The notes below the pieces were generated by a model, which was given only the letters and a program-made list of their open reading frames with translations, had not been told where the DNA came from and made no database searches. A stretch of DNA of 64,000 nt from Balanoglossus misakiensis (Eukaryota > Animalia > Hemichordata). The DNA lies in contig CM082589.2 of NCBI GenBank assembly GCA_040954595.2, forward strand, positions 7,944,232 through 8,008,231, written 5' to 3'. Each line of letters begins with the position of its first letter. Positions within the stretch are counted from its first letter, which is position 1. The position numbers were made by a program, and so were the translations under genes. Shown here in pieces: positions 1 through 12,800 of the stretch.

Positions 1-1031
1 TGGTGCTACCAAGCAGGCTTCCTCCTGTAGTAGCTGTTGAACCAAGTGATAATCCTCCCCCTGCAGTGGTTGTTCCACCAAGTGATAGTCCTCCCCCTGC
101 AGTGGTTGTTCCACCAAGTGATAAACCTCCCCCTGCAGTGGTCGTTCCAGCAAGTGATAGTCCTCCCCCTGCAGTGGTCATTCCACCAAGTGATAGTCCT
201 CCCCCTGCAGTGGGTTTTCCACCAAGTGATAGTCCTCCCCCTGCAGTGGTCATTCCACCAAGCGACAGTCCTCCCCCTGCAGTGGTTGCTCCTCCAAGTG
301 CCAATCCTCCAACAGTAGTGGGCGCTCCGCCAAGTGCTAGTCCTCCCCCTGAAGTGGTTGAAGACCCAAGTGGCAATCCTGAAAACTTAGTTGTGGCAGT
401 GCCTGCACTAAGACCTGTACTAGCAGTGGTTCCAACAGCAGCTGTTCCACCAAGACCTAGACCCCCTGTTACAAAATAGTACACACAGTTGTTAGTATAA
501 CTGATGCACAGTCCAAAATTTCCAAAGATACATCAAACCTTGCATTTGCAATTGAAAATCTGAATCATGAAAACAACATTGCACCAACCTGTAACAGCCG
601 GGGTTGTCCCCAGTTGCAGCCCACCAGCTCCTAATGATAGTCCAGTGGCTGGCGCTGATGTGGTTGGTGCACTTCCTGCAGTACTTTGACCAAGGCCAGA
701 TGCTCCAAAGCTGAAACCCGAATTTGCAGCTGACGAGAAAAGACTTTGTTGTGTGGTGCCTGTTGTACCCGTTGATGGTGCGGCTGAAAATAACAGCCCA
801 CCAGCGGTAGTCGAACTCGTCGCGGGAGCTGTCGGTTGGAATGAGAACCCTCCAGGGATAGTAGTGGAACTTGTAGCTGTAGTTGGGGGTTGGAATGACA
901 ATCCACTGCCCCCTGTACCTCCTTGTCCTCCAAATGAGAAGCCACCTTTAATATGAATATTAATTTTATTCCTGCCATGTATACAGTGTTTCATTCAGGA
1001 TTGCACCAATATGTCCCCTTTGCCTGAATAT

Positions 1032-1062
<31 letters not shown>

Positions 1063-1926
1063 GGGGATTCCACTCTGGCAAGGGGGACTGTAATACAATG
1101 TATCTCCAACATGTGAACAACATCATTTGATTTCAAGGGGCACTGGTCCCCCCTGGACAAATTGCTAGGTGCCAAATCCCCCCCCCCCTCCCCCCCCCAC
1201 CGTCCAGATGAAACACTGTGTATATTGTATAAACATCCATCATTAATGGTGTGCCCTCTAAGCCCATATGATGTGCCACTGACTCAACAAACTCACTGGT
1301 GACACAAACAATTATTCACACTACACGATAGTGAACCTTTTCCACAGAATTTGAAATATTGCTGGTCTGAATACATAATCTGATTATTATCTTCAAGGGA
1401 ATGCGAATTGCCAGAAATAATGAGATATCCATGCTTTATTTTGTGTTTATGTCTTTACCTAAAATGTAGTCATTTCTCATAACCATTTTTGCTTTGGCTA
1501 TGTTTTCAATGATTGCTGTAAGCTGATATTACTTACCAGCAGTTCTTGTGAAAGGCCCATTTAGATCCTACATGATCACACATCTAGTGCCTTCACTCAT
1601 GAGAAATATTGCTGCCATTATTGGCATTGGATATATGAATGTCTTTCTCATTATACAAAGAAAATCTCAATTGCATGTCGCAGTAGACAAGCACTAAGTA
1701 CATACTGTCCACAGATTAAGACAGTATGGGTGATAAATATCTATGTTAGACCAATACATGTCACTAATAATTAATATTAAGCATCAAAACTATAATCATT
1801 CATATACTGGTACAAGTCACCTGATGGATTACTGGCTTGTCCAAACAGTCCAGTGCCAGTGCTACCTGCAGCACTGGTTGTTGACGTCAGCTGAGAACCG
1901 CCAGCTGCAGTTGTTGAACCAAACAT
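1..1926 (-). CDS. FG-repeat nucleoporin, Nup62/Nup58-like; 5' exons only, gene continues beyond the window start
   Basis: ATG at 1926. Exons 1821-1926, 589-945 and <1-465 join in frame across GT-AG introns, giving MFGSTTAAGG..GLFGQ..GGFSFGG..GFSFQP..SGFSFGA..(GGTTTAGGGLSL)n, a Gly/Ser/Thr-rich FxFG protein. The diagnostic C-terminal coiled coil lies outside the window, so Nup62 versus Nup58 is unresolved. Confidence 0.8.
42..352 (-). repeat. 36-bp coding tandem repeat (about 8 copies) encoding GGTTTAGGGLSL units in the nucleoporin
   Basis: ccaagtgatagtcctccccctgcagtggttgttcca recurs at 42, 78, 114, 150 and onward. Confidence 0.9.
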
Positions 1927-2004
1927 TTTGGTTTCTCTGCCTTTCGAAAAGCGCAAGTAACAATATAGATATCACTTCAATAGCGAAGGGGGTGAATTTC
2001 GTAC

Positions 2005-2124
2005 GCGGAAGTCCTATAAGTATAAGTCTTCCTTTTGACTTGCCACTCGACCAACAAGATAACGTGAGCGCGCCGTAGCTGGCGTGCACCTTTATGGTTC
2101 AAAGGTCGAAGGGGTCAAAGGTCG
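2005..2124. promoter_or_regulatory. Putative bidirectional promoter with an ETS site and two DR1 nuclear-receptor elements
   Basis: GCGGAAGT at 2005-2012, GGTTCA-A-AGGTCG at 2096-2108 and GGGTCA-A-AGGTCG at 2112-2124, between divergent ATGs at 1926 and 2323. Motif match only. Confidence 0.45.
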
Positions 2125-2322
2125 CCCAGCCAATCTCGTCATTTTGGAGCTAGCTGTGGCTCTATGGTTATTCGTGTTTTGTTCTAGTAGAGTCTCGTAG
2201 TCTCGGTTACCCCAGACTGCGCTTGTGGGTTCTCTTCCGGCCACCCAAATACAGCTGCAGTCTGGGAGAAATCCCTCAGAAAAAATATCCGGCGATGCAT
2301 CATGGGAACTGTTTATTCTAAG

Positions 2323-3617
2323 ATGGCGACGTCCTGTGAGCCTCATGGCATCGTCCTGGCCGATGCAAACTTTTGTGCGGTATGTCAATGCAGGTCGAGA
2401 GACAGGTACCTGCTTCTAACTAAGTATGGGCTTCGGAAGCCACTTTTGGATGATCTAGAGGCCATAATGTCCATGACGCTTTCAGGGAACATCAAGAACG
2501 ACTCCTATGTATGCAGACCATGCAGACGCAAAATGGGGTCGTATAAAGCTCATATGCTTGCTGCCGCAAAAATAAAAAACGACCTGCTGAGCAGTGCCGG
2601 ATCTGTTGAAATTGTCCAGAATATGAAGAGACGGAGAAGTTTGGTATATAGTTTCCTAATATTTTCATATAATATCATGATGGTTTTCAAATGTCATCAT
2701 CATCATCTGATCATGATTCATCAGGCTAGTTATACTTTGCGAAACAGCGAAACGAAACAGCGAAACGACGAAACCATTATTAAAATAGGGGCCAGTCATC
2801 AAGACGGTGGCGTATGATTTTTTTTAAAGTTTCCAAATTAAAACGTAAGCGAGCCAAGAAAACTACAGGTCAGATAAATTGTTTTCTCGGAAATTCAACA
2901 TTAGAATCAAATTTGGCGTTGGAAACAAACGGCGGGTCGCCAGTTCCTGGTCTGCGGCCTGGTACTATGTAGTGGTAGAGTCGACGTCGTGTGCGCGCAA
3001 ACGATTCATGCCAAACTGCTACATACACACAGTGAATATACGCGCGCGCACAACGAAACCACAAAAGATCGAAACCTCAAAATGCGGCAGCAACTGACAC
3101 TATTTCCTTAAATACCACAAGGCGGGGAGGCATGAATTGCAATTACTAGTAAGATAATAAAGACATTTCGACAATGATACTGTGTTGTGTGAGTTACATG
3201 TGTTTCTATATATAACTACTACTCTTACCCCCCATCAGTGTTTGACCCTCGAAAGCTTACGGACACTACTGCTTTGTTTCAACTAATCCTTAGCCCTGTG
3301 AATATACTCGTACATTGACCTTTTGGGGCGGGATTCTTTTTTGGCGCGCAACCACTAGTACCAGGCCCCAGACCAGGAACTGGCGACCCGCCGTTTGTTT
3401 CCAACGCCAAATTTGATTCTAATGTTGAATTTCCGAGAAAACAATTTATCTGACCTGTAGTTTTCTTGGCTCGCTTACGTTTTAATTTGGAAACTTTTAA
3501 AAAAATCATACGCCACCGTCTTGATGACTGGCCCCTATTTTAATAATGGTTTCGTCGTTTCGCTGTTTCGTTTCGCTGTTTCGCTGTTTCGTTGTTTCGC
3601 AAAGTATAACTAGCCGA

Positions 3618-3666
<49 letters not shown>

Positions 3667-3689
3667 CCACCACCACCACCACCACCACC

Positions 3690-3759
<70 letters not shown>

Positions 3760-5883
3760 CCACCACCACCACCACCACCACCACCACCACCACCACCACC
3801 ACCACCACCACCACAATCACCACCACAATCACCATCATCATCATACTCACAGTGGCATATGTCAATGACATCCAGAATCTACACATCAACATTCATTATA
3901 TAGTGTCATAGTGTGAGCCATGTCCCTGTACACGTTGATCTCCCAGACGTTTCAGTGATCACATGCTGATACTTTCTCATTTGAGAACCATTTAATTGAA
4001 AGGGGGGGGGGGGGGGGTAATCGGCCAACCCTGGAGAATGGAAAAATAAAATAAAAAACGCAAGTGAAAAAAAAACACTTCTTCAGTATTTATTGAACAA
4101 ACAAGCAAAACAACATGGTGTCTTGTGAGGACAGTACGAGTAGCATCTGTGATACTTTTACAAATGCAATTACATGTTTCTATAATTGTAGAGTTAAGCG
4201 CTGTTTACTTTTATTTTACTATAGGAATGTGATGGTGGCCCGAAGAGCCCTATAACCCCCAAACGGTGCAAGATGACTACCTCCACCTCAAAGGTATGCA
4301 TAGGTCTAAAATGAGTAGACTTCCCCTGTAAATAATAGACATTTATGGAGGTATACCTCTTCAGAGGTAAAATCTGTTAAATAATAGATGAAGACATTTG
4401 CTGAAGGCTAAGCAATAATTTATACTTATATTAAAACCTCCCTGATTGCTGATCAGGACTATTTGGTAACCCAATAATGTACTCATATAAATTATGCGAA
4501 AATATGGAGTTTAGATAAGAATAATTCAGTCATCCTAGTTCATGTTGATTAACGACCAAAATCAATAAATTTGTTTATGGTTAACTTCAAAATAGACACC
4601 TCCCCAATCACCAAGGAGAAAATTGTACTCTTCGCAAGGATTAACAAGGACATCTCCCAAGAACATGAAACTGAATTCTAACAGCATTGGAGGTGGGAAA
4701 TCTACCAGTATGGCCATCAAGTTCTACACAACATCTATAGCAAACGAAACTAGAGATATCATATCATCACTTTGCAATGGCTCCATCAGGAAGGCAACCA
4801 GGAAACTGTTATCGAAAGAAAGTTTACAGCCGCAATCTACCAAAGGCCTAGCCGATGCAGTCAGAATTGAATCGAAAAAAGTTACAAGGCTGAATGAGAT
4901 GAGATGCGGTGATCTGAATTTTAAGACCGATGTTGCGCTCGAAGAAATCAAGAAATCCCTACCACTGTTATGGACCACACTGTCGTCTGTATGTCCCACG
5001 GACACCCCTCTCTCTAAAGTCCTCATGGCAGCAGGCATACTTGTGCAGGCCAAGAACAGATACATCAATGGTCTTCAGCTATTGATTGGAAAACTGATGT
5101 ACCAGAGTCAGCTACAGAAAGCAGGGTACAGCTTCCTGTATCACCTAGGGATAACAACGTCCTACAAAACTGTGATGAACCATTTACATGCTATGGCTAC
5201 AGAGGTGGTTGATGACCAGGCAATGTCATGGGAACACGATCTTGAAATAAACAACACAGTAAGTAATCATTAATTTCGCCTATAGTCAGTTAATTATATT
5301 GTTATGCAAATTAGTCATCACACTTTCCCAAAATCCTAGGGAGAACACTGGTCTATAGTATTGTTTTTAATGTGTTATTATTTACACCAAGCGCTCCATG
5401 TGTGAAATAAAATGCATTTAATTCTTCTAAGTTTTTGAAACTTGACACTTGTTTTCAAAACATGTAATGGCTTGTACCAGGGCTGACATAAAATAATGGT
5501 TTTTATCTAATTCTCAACCCTGATCTGAAACCATGCAGTATGATGTTTGTAGGTATAGATATTGGTAAACCGACCACAAGACTTCCAAGGATAGAATAGG
5601 GTGGTCATGCAAATACCAGTATAAGATGTTTGGTACAATCATGATTTTTTTGTTTTTATGTTAGATGGATCAAAGCGACACTGGTACATCGGCCGGTGAA
5701 GAACTGCAGCCAACAGGGAACTTGGATCACACATATGCCATGTCACCACAGTGTGATAATGTTTCGGACTCTGATCATGAAGAGCCAGGTTTTCGCTTCA
5801 ACATGGATAATCTTGACTATGAGTATGAAGATAGTTCACAAATTTGCTTACAACCAAATGAGCCCGGGTCTGCAAATTATTGA
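2323..5883 (+). CDS. Academ-transposase-derived protein (about 423 aa): N-terminal C2-C2 zinc finger plus transposase N-terminal region, truncated just after DNLD
   Basis: Exons 2323-2643, 4225-4293, 4596-5258 and 5665-5883 all have GT-AG phase-0 junctions and stay open. Motifs CAVC...YVCRPC, ILVQAKNRYINGLQLLIG..LYHLGITTSYKT and PGFRFNMDNLDY resemble Academ/DUF6589-type transposases. Confidence 0.65.
2724..3615. mobile_element. MULE/MuDR-like non-autonomous foldback element in intron 1 of the Academ-derived gene
   Basis: About 245-bp TIRs (GGCTAGTTATACTTTGCGAAAC...GTTTCGCAAAGTATAACTAGCC) and an exact 9-bp TSD GATTCATCA at 2715-2723 and 3616-3624. Confidence 0.85.
3619..3843. repeat. Compound (ATC)n/(ACC)n microsatellite
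   Basis: Seen directly; explains the poly-I/T and poly-M/V ORFs. Confidence 0.95.
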
Positions 5884-6896
5884 GAATGATGAAGCCAACA
5901 CGTGTGACAGAGAACTAGACTGGGCTGTGAGAGAGTCTACAGCAGACCATGCAACGAACGACGCACAAAACCACCATGGACATTATAAACTTGTTACATT
6001 TTCTCGCTTCACAAGTTTATTGATGTGAAAATTTGGCTAATTGAATTAAAAATGTACATGTACAATTAGTTCTCTGCACAAATGTCATGAGTCTCGTAGT
6101 CTGAGATTTATGAAGACTGAACTTCCAGAGTCACCAAAATAAGTGTGAAATTGAAGTTCACTAATTGAATTCAGCTTAAAACCCAATAGTATAATGACTG
6201 TTACCCCTACAAAGAAGATACGTTTGGCAGTTTGCTTACAATATTGGTGATAATTAACTTATTAAAGGAACTTGGAATATTACTCTCGCTTCAAAATTTT
6301 CTTTCAATAAACAGGTTGATGTTGTTTTGGCTAGATTTATCTAAATAAAATACAAAAAAAATTATGTGACTTTATTTTCACGCTTATTTTGGCTCTCGCG
6401 TATTTCGCAAAAATTTATTACCGGTACTTGCGAAAATAAAGTGTTATACAGTACTCCATCCATGATCCACATCTAGCTTGTTATACATTTCTTTCCTACA
6501 CATGTACACAGCCATCTTTTCTAGTCCCCATTCATGTACATGTAGTAATAACTTAAACAAAGACTCATGATTCAAATACAGAAAGTAAGTTGTACATCCA
6601 GGATTTTCAAGTGCTTCCCATGAGAGAATAAACGTTAAAACATACAGATTAGTTCATTTAACCTTTTAACAGGAAACATAATTTGCAGTGTTCTCATGAT
6701 TTCCCTAACTGATATGCAAGAGTTCCTCAGTATGCTACAAGGTAAAGCTGCATAAAAAATTCTCAAAGTGTGAACCACTGATGAATGTACAGTCATGACA
6801 AAATGGCCTGAATCAATATCCATTAGATATTCAAGTTGATCGTGTGAAAAGTGTCACTGAAGTCCTGATATTTGCAAGAACAGAAGGGGTCCATCA

Positions 6897-9800
6897 TCAG
6901 TAGTCTTTGCTTCTTCTTTTGTAGTTTTTATTCTTCACATTAACTTCTTCATAAAATCGAACTCCTATTTTTTCTTTCATTTTCTTCTGATGTTCTCTTC
7001 GAATTTCCTGTTCACGTAAAGAAAAAAAAAGGAATGGTTTTTAATACTTGTCACTTGAATTATCTTCAAAAATTTGTGTTCGGTCAGTTATCAAGCAAGG
7101 CACCATACTCCTCACACTTTCTGAAAATGATTAGTTTTCAGCCCATCAACAAGTTGTGTTTGGATCATTTTTATTGTTCACAAATACATTCAAAGTCTGG
7201 TCTTGAATAGAATATTTCACAACATTGGCTGTTGTAAGAAGATAAATGCTGGGAATTTGTTCCTGCTGTGTTAAGCAGAACAAGAAACCATGATTGATGT
7301 ACAGAAAAAAAATTTAAGACAATAGACAAAAGTTACAGATAGTGGAGTTTTAACCCACATTTCTCATGATTGCAAATGTAATAAATGAGAAATGTGGGTT
7401 ATGCAAAATGCAAAATCTCACCTTCTTTGACGGTTTGCATTCATCATCTGAATCTGCATCAAAGTATCTCTTTCTCTTTCTTCCTTTTGGCTTTTCTTTG
7501 ACAGTCTTCTTTTTCATGTTCACCATGGCAACATATGCTGTTTCTTTCACCTCAACTTTCTTATCTTCTACTAAGTCATCACCTTGGTTTGTATCATCAT
7601 CTTCTTCTTCATCATCATCATCACCATTATCATCACTGCCTGGCAACTCATCATCTGGTTTATCTGTTAAAACACATTTAAAATTCTTTACAGACAGTAT
7701 CAAAACAAAACTTGAAACAGAAAAAGTCACAGGTCCATTTGCTTTGTAGAGACTGATTATTCATTTTGGTGAGTTTTTCACTCTCATGTCTATAAGCGGG
7801 ATAGCAGTTGTGTGTGGTCGAACATTGATTCACTAGATATCCACATGTAGAATAACATAAACGATGTCTTGTATCAAACATAATTAATGGAAAAAGAGCA
7901 GCGAGAGAGAGACTTTGTCCCTTTAAATAGTGACTAAATTACTTTACCTTCTATCTCGGAAGTTTTGGTGTCTTCCACGTCTGGCGTTTCCTCTTCCACC
8001 TTCTTCTTGGTTGCTTTGCTGTTGACTTTCACAGGCTTGATGTCAAGACCGGACAGTCTCTGCTGATTGGTCTTCTTGCCCCTCAAAAATCTTTCCACAC
8101 CTTGTGATAAACACTGTTCTCCTAAAACTGATTTGCTTGATGGTTCCTTTTTGTCCTGACGACCACGGTGATACAACTTCGTATCGGTTTCCTCATCACT
8201 GTTGTCTTCTATATCTTGTGTTTCCATGGGAACCGAAACTCCTCCATCGCCTTCAACAAACTCTGGTTCAACATGGATCTGACTGAGGTCCTGTTTCACC
8301 TGTGGCATCTCCTCAACATCTGCGGTAATACTTTCTTTCTTTTCTTTATTGGGATCATCTTCAGATGTGATGTCCATTTTCTCAGTCTTTTCACTCACTG
8401 TTGCAGTGTTCTTCCTTGAGTCTCCCTCCTGATGTCCAAATTAAATGAAGGGATGGAAAATTACTCAAGGCAAACAACTTATTGAATGTGCCAAACACAC
8501 TTGGCATTGATAACCCCAGTCTACAAGGAATAAGCGTGGACAAAGATGACAAGCTTTGCTGTTTAGACTGTTCCTGGTGATGTTTCAAGTAACTACATGT
8601 ACCAGTTTCAAAATGTGCAGTTCAGTAATAATGTTTTCTCAATCTCTCTCTCTCTCCCTCCCCCTCTCTCTATCTTTCTGTGCCTAAATTTCCCAACCCA
8701 ACCCACAACTGCTGTGGGCGACAGTTACAGTATTTATTGTTGGTTGCATATGTTATTTCCCAGCTTCCAAAGATATGCTTTGATAAAATACCCACTGTCT
8801 GTTATTTACAGGGACTTAGTACGTTCAAGAGTCTCTAGTTCATGTGAATAAACACAGAAAGAGGTTGTGTGTTTCCAGACTGATACTCGTACCAACCAGT
8901 GGGCATTGTAATTTTGTATACTGATGAGTGATCTGTTGAAAGTTACAGTTATACGCTCACCTCCAATTTACATACGCCCATATATGCCAGAAATGGCGTA
9001 TTTGAGGCTTCTAAAGAACATATGGCGGCGCTCTTTTTTTTTTTCGCGTGTGCCACCCACTAAAAATCTGTGATTGGTCAGATCTCAATTTGCCACTTAC
9101 CTTTACTTCCATATTTGGTGGTTTCACAAAATAAGGTAATTTTCCCCTCTGCCAATCATTGAGCACCATCTTGGCCATCGTACTGAAGTCTGGCTCTCCA
9201 CCCTGTAATTAAAGTGAGATTTATTGGCAAAAAAATATGGTGCAGGGCAAATATTTCGAACACATTAGACGTGTATTTATGCTGAAAACACTTTTTATGA
9301 TTTGCTTTTAATACCTTGAGTAATCTTCCACTCCTCCTTGCCAGCTTTTCCAGGAAATCATTGGCATCACTCCAATCAACAACTCTGTATGTTCTTTGGA
9401 CATATTCCTCTTTTACTCTTTCTAGTACATCAGAGATGTAGTCTTCTGGATTCTTGATATTTTCAACTCTGACCTACAGACAGATATACATGACACTTAT
9501 CATTCAGCTGGAGTGGCAGCTTACTAGTATATGATAGTTATTTCTTTGTACAACACATGCAAGTTTCGTACATAAAATCCTAGGGAAAAAGAAATTTGGT
9601 CTATTTTCCCGATCCCTGACAGACTACAGTCGCCGTCATATTGTCTGTTGTTAGGAAATCATGCAGCCTTATGGCATTGACGATCATTGGATTTTAATCT
9701 TCTCAACATAGCCCATGTGTGCACAATCGACATTGTTATTGTTTGAAAAATTACACTTAACTCCACACACAGTCACACTACTGTGCTTGGAGCAAGTGAT

Positions 9801-12800
9801 ATGTGTATAAACTTACCACTCCCTTTAAGACTAACTCTGTTTCTGTCTCCCCTGTTGGATACACCACACCCGGACAATCAATCAGGAATATTCTTCTCAT
9901 GAGAGTAATGTACTGCCACACTTTGGTTTCACCAGCTATGGGAGCTACTTTACACACTTTCTTTGCTCTTAGCGTATTGATAATGGAGCTCTTTCCTACA
10001 TTTGGATAACCGATAAATCCCACGCTGATTTGTTTCTTGTCTAAGTGAAGCTGTAAAAGGAAAAATACAGAGTGAAACATCCTCTGGCTCTGCCTTATTC
10101 TCCATACAGAGATTGTAGTGTGGATAATTCTAACCAAGCTAGGGGGTCTGACTGGCAGCCAGTCCCCCTAGGTAGGTAAGCTACAATTTCTGTACAGAGA
10201 ATGCCGCGCCTCTGCTTGTCACACTGAGTTTTGCCCAATGGTCATTACTCATCCTTTCAATTGTGTCTGCTGTACGACGACAATTGGTTACAATCCGGAT
10301 AATGCAAGGGATACGACTCAATGTTATGAGAACTGCATAAACCATACGCAATTAAAAATTGTCCCCTTTGCCATGACTTGCTTCTAGCCTACATGTACCT
10401 CCAAAACCCTTCCTTTTGTAATCTCTCTTTTCTGGACCAAGAGAGTTCAACTGGACAGACACAAATGCAGTACCCATGGTTGAGCATACAAGTCACTGAT
10501 CACTTTTTCAAATTCCCACACATCCAAAATGGCCAAATTGGAAAGAAATCACTTAGATTACCCAATAGTCATTGTCAGTGGCAAGGTTAAGGGCAGATGA
10601 CTCTAAGATATCCTGTCTTTGGTTCACTTCATCAAAAAAATATTATTTTGGATTTCTTGTTATGTAGTGGACTGAAATGCACAATAGACCCAATGGCGGT
10701 TGCACATGTGTGTATATTATGTAGTTATTCTTTATACATGTATCACCCCAGGGCCACGGAGCAAAACCCTAAAATAAAATGAACCCATCCCCCCCCCCCT
10801 CCCCCAGTGTCCTCTACAGAGGTCCAACCATAACCATAGGTAACAACTGATGGATTTGGACTGAACCATTTTGGTGAAAGGGCTGAGGCAAATCAAATCA
10901 AAGAACAACTGCAAACTCACCTTGGCAAACTGCCTGAGTAACTGTATCAAAGCACCTTTGCCAAATGGGTTATTGACACTGGCATGCATCGCTAGCGTGG
11001 GATATTCTTGAGACAATATGGCAACCCATCTTTGCTGTAAAAATGAGAAAAAAAAAGACAGTTTTAATTAGAGTCTGCAGGTGACATAGTGCTTGTAACA
11101 AGATATACACCTTAGAAGAAATGAAAACAACAAAAATATGTAACAAGAGATTTTAACTTTCAGTCAAAATTTAGCAAAAATAAAAAGTCACATAATATAA
11201 GGTTATTCACAAAATACCGGGATTTATGTCCGAGTACATCGTGCAGCGCAGGTATTGTCCGAGACGCGCAGCGTCGAGGACAATACCGAAGCGTACGATG
11301 TACGAGGACATAAATCCCGGTATTTTGTGAATAACCTTATTATTATACACCTTCTCTGAACCGTTCTTCATGAACGATAAAGAATAAATTGGCCGCTATC
11401 GGACTTTCTAGTTTTCAGACATCGCCATGATGTAATTTGCATATCGAACGTGCCTTCACCTCGCGCATCAGGTGTCGAACTGCCTGTCTAGCGCGCGATG
11501 TTCTACGCTGCTTGCGCTGAAATGAACGCGCTCGCCTGTTCGTTCACAGATTCTTTCGACTGAAATTTCAGCGTAGATTTTGACTTATTTCGCATCTTGG
11601 GTCACCAATAATTTTGTTTAATAACGACTGTGTACTTTTTATATAAATTGTTGTCAGAGTAGGGTTAATATCATCATTGTTCACATTGAACACCAGTCCT
11701 GTGAGGTCAAAGTCACAATGCGTCCAATAACCCTGTGGGTTATTGGACTCCGCGTCCTCATTTGAATAATTATTGTACGGTGATACCGCGAATTATTGTA
11801 TCACGGAACTCCATAGGTTACAGCAGTAGGTGTATAATAATAATGTTTTCCAGAGATAACGATGCAGTGAAATAAGAGAACGCGAACATTAATCGTCAAG
11901 TAACAGTTGCCTCTTTTGATATCGCAAAAATTTCCTGTCGCAAAGATGAATGAGGTAAACACACTTACTGTCACCCAGGTTGGCACCAGATCAACTTTGT
12001 TGAGAACGAAAATGAGATGTTTATGTTTCTTCTCTTTAGAAAGAAAGTTTTCAATGTGTTTACATCGGGTGCCTTGTGGATCTCTTGCATCCAAAACTTG
12101 GATGACAACATCTGATGAATCAACCACCTGAAATGTAGGATAACATTGACAGATAATGATGCTATCCAGATAGAAATCTGATGCGATTAAAAAAAAACTT
12201 CAGTAGTACCATTACATAGCCTTTTGAAATGGTGTTTAAGTAAGACAAACAGTTCTTTAGGTAGGTCAGGAACATTGCATGTACACTCTCATGATATTAC
12301 CTTGTATAATTCTCCCCATATTCTGGACGATGTTCCTTTATTAAATATTGGTTCTTTAGCTTCAGTACGAACTCCCTCATCTTGTCTCTCCAAATCATTA
12401 TCTTTGCTGGCATCATACTTCTCACTGGACAGCTGTGCATTCTTCAACATGCTCTGGTGACACAAAGGATGATGGCACATGCATTAGTCATAGTTGGTCT
12501 GGACAATCTGTTGCTTAAAGACGATCGTCTATTGCGCATGTGCATAATTTCGTGTGTACAAACATAACGTCCAATCCAAATATTCTGCAAATTTTTCATT
12601 CAACGCAATCAAATAGTGAACTGCCTTTACTTCCTTCCATATTTCATGCGTACAGTAAAAGTAGACTTTAGTATTGTCCCCTCTTTTTGCCCAATTTTCT
12701 GTCTTTTCTCAATCTCTGACACAGACTATGGTCGCTGCCATCTTGTATATTGTTAGGACAACACACTGCCATATAGCATTGACTGTATATCATTTTTGTA

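Larger units (their letters stand above)
2198..5883 (+). mobile_element. Academ-like DNA transposon remnant: left TIR plus 5' part of the transposase gene; right end not found
   Basis: Begins TAGTCTCGGTTACCCAGAC, the same terminus as the TSD-flanked element at 53841-54297, followed by a spliced transposase-like ORF. Confidence 0.7.

Noticed and set aside
3-479. Plus-strand proline-rich ORF (PPSDSPPPAVV)n
   Set aside because: Antisense shadow of the nucleoporin exon, whose splice sites are on the minus strand.
3506-3911. Poly-V/M and poly-I/T ORFs (also poly-S/H at 54974 and YVCM/HTYI ORFs at 56520-56867)
   Set aside because: Translations of microsatellites in introns.
6089-6102. GAGTCTCGTAGTCT also found at 2190-2203, a possible TSD or right boundary of the Academ remnant
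   Set aside because: Not preceded by a recognisable right TIR, and an isolated 14-bp match can arise by chance in 64 kb.
9022-9095. About 70-bp sequence shared with 28402-28470
   Set aside because: Short dispersed repeat fragment without termini; nothing supports a function.
10185-10290. Possible intronic H/ACA snoRNA in GNL2
   Set aside because: No convincing box H/ACA spacing or two-hairpin fold could be established by eye; an Infernal/Rfam search would be needed.
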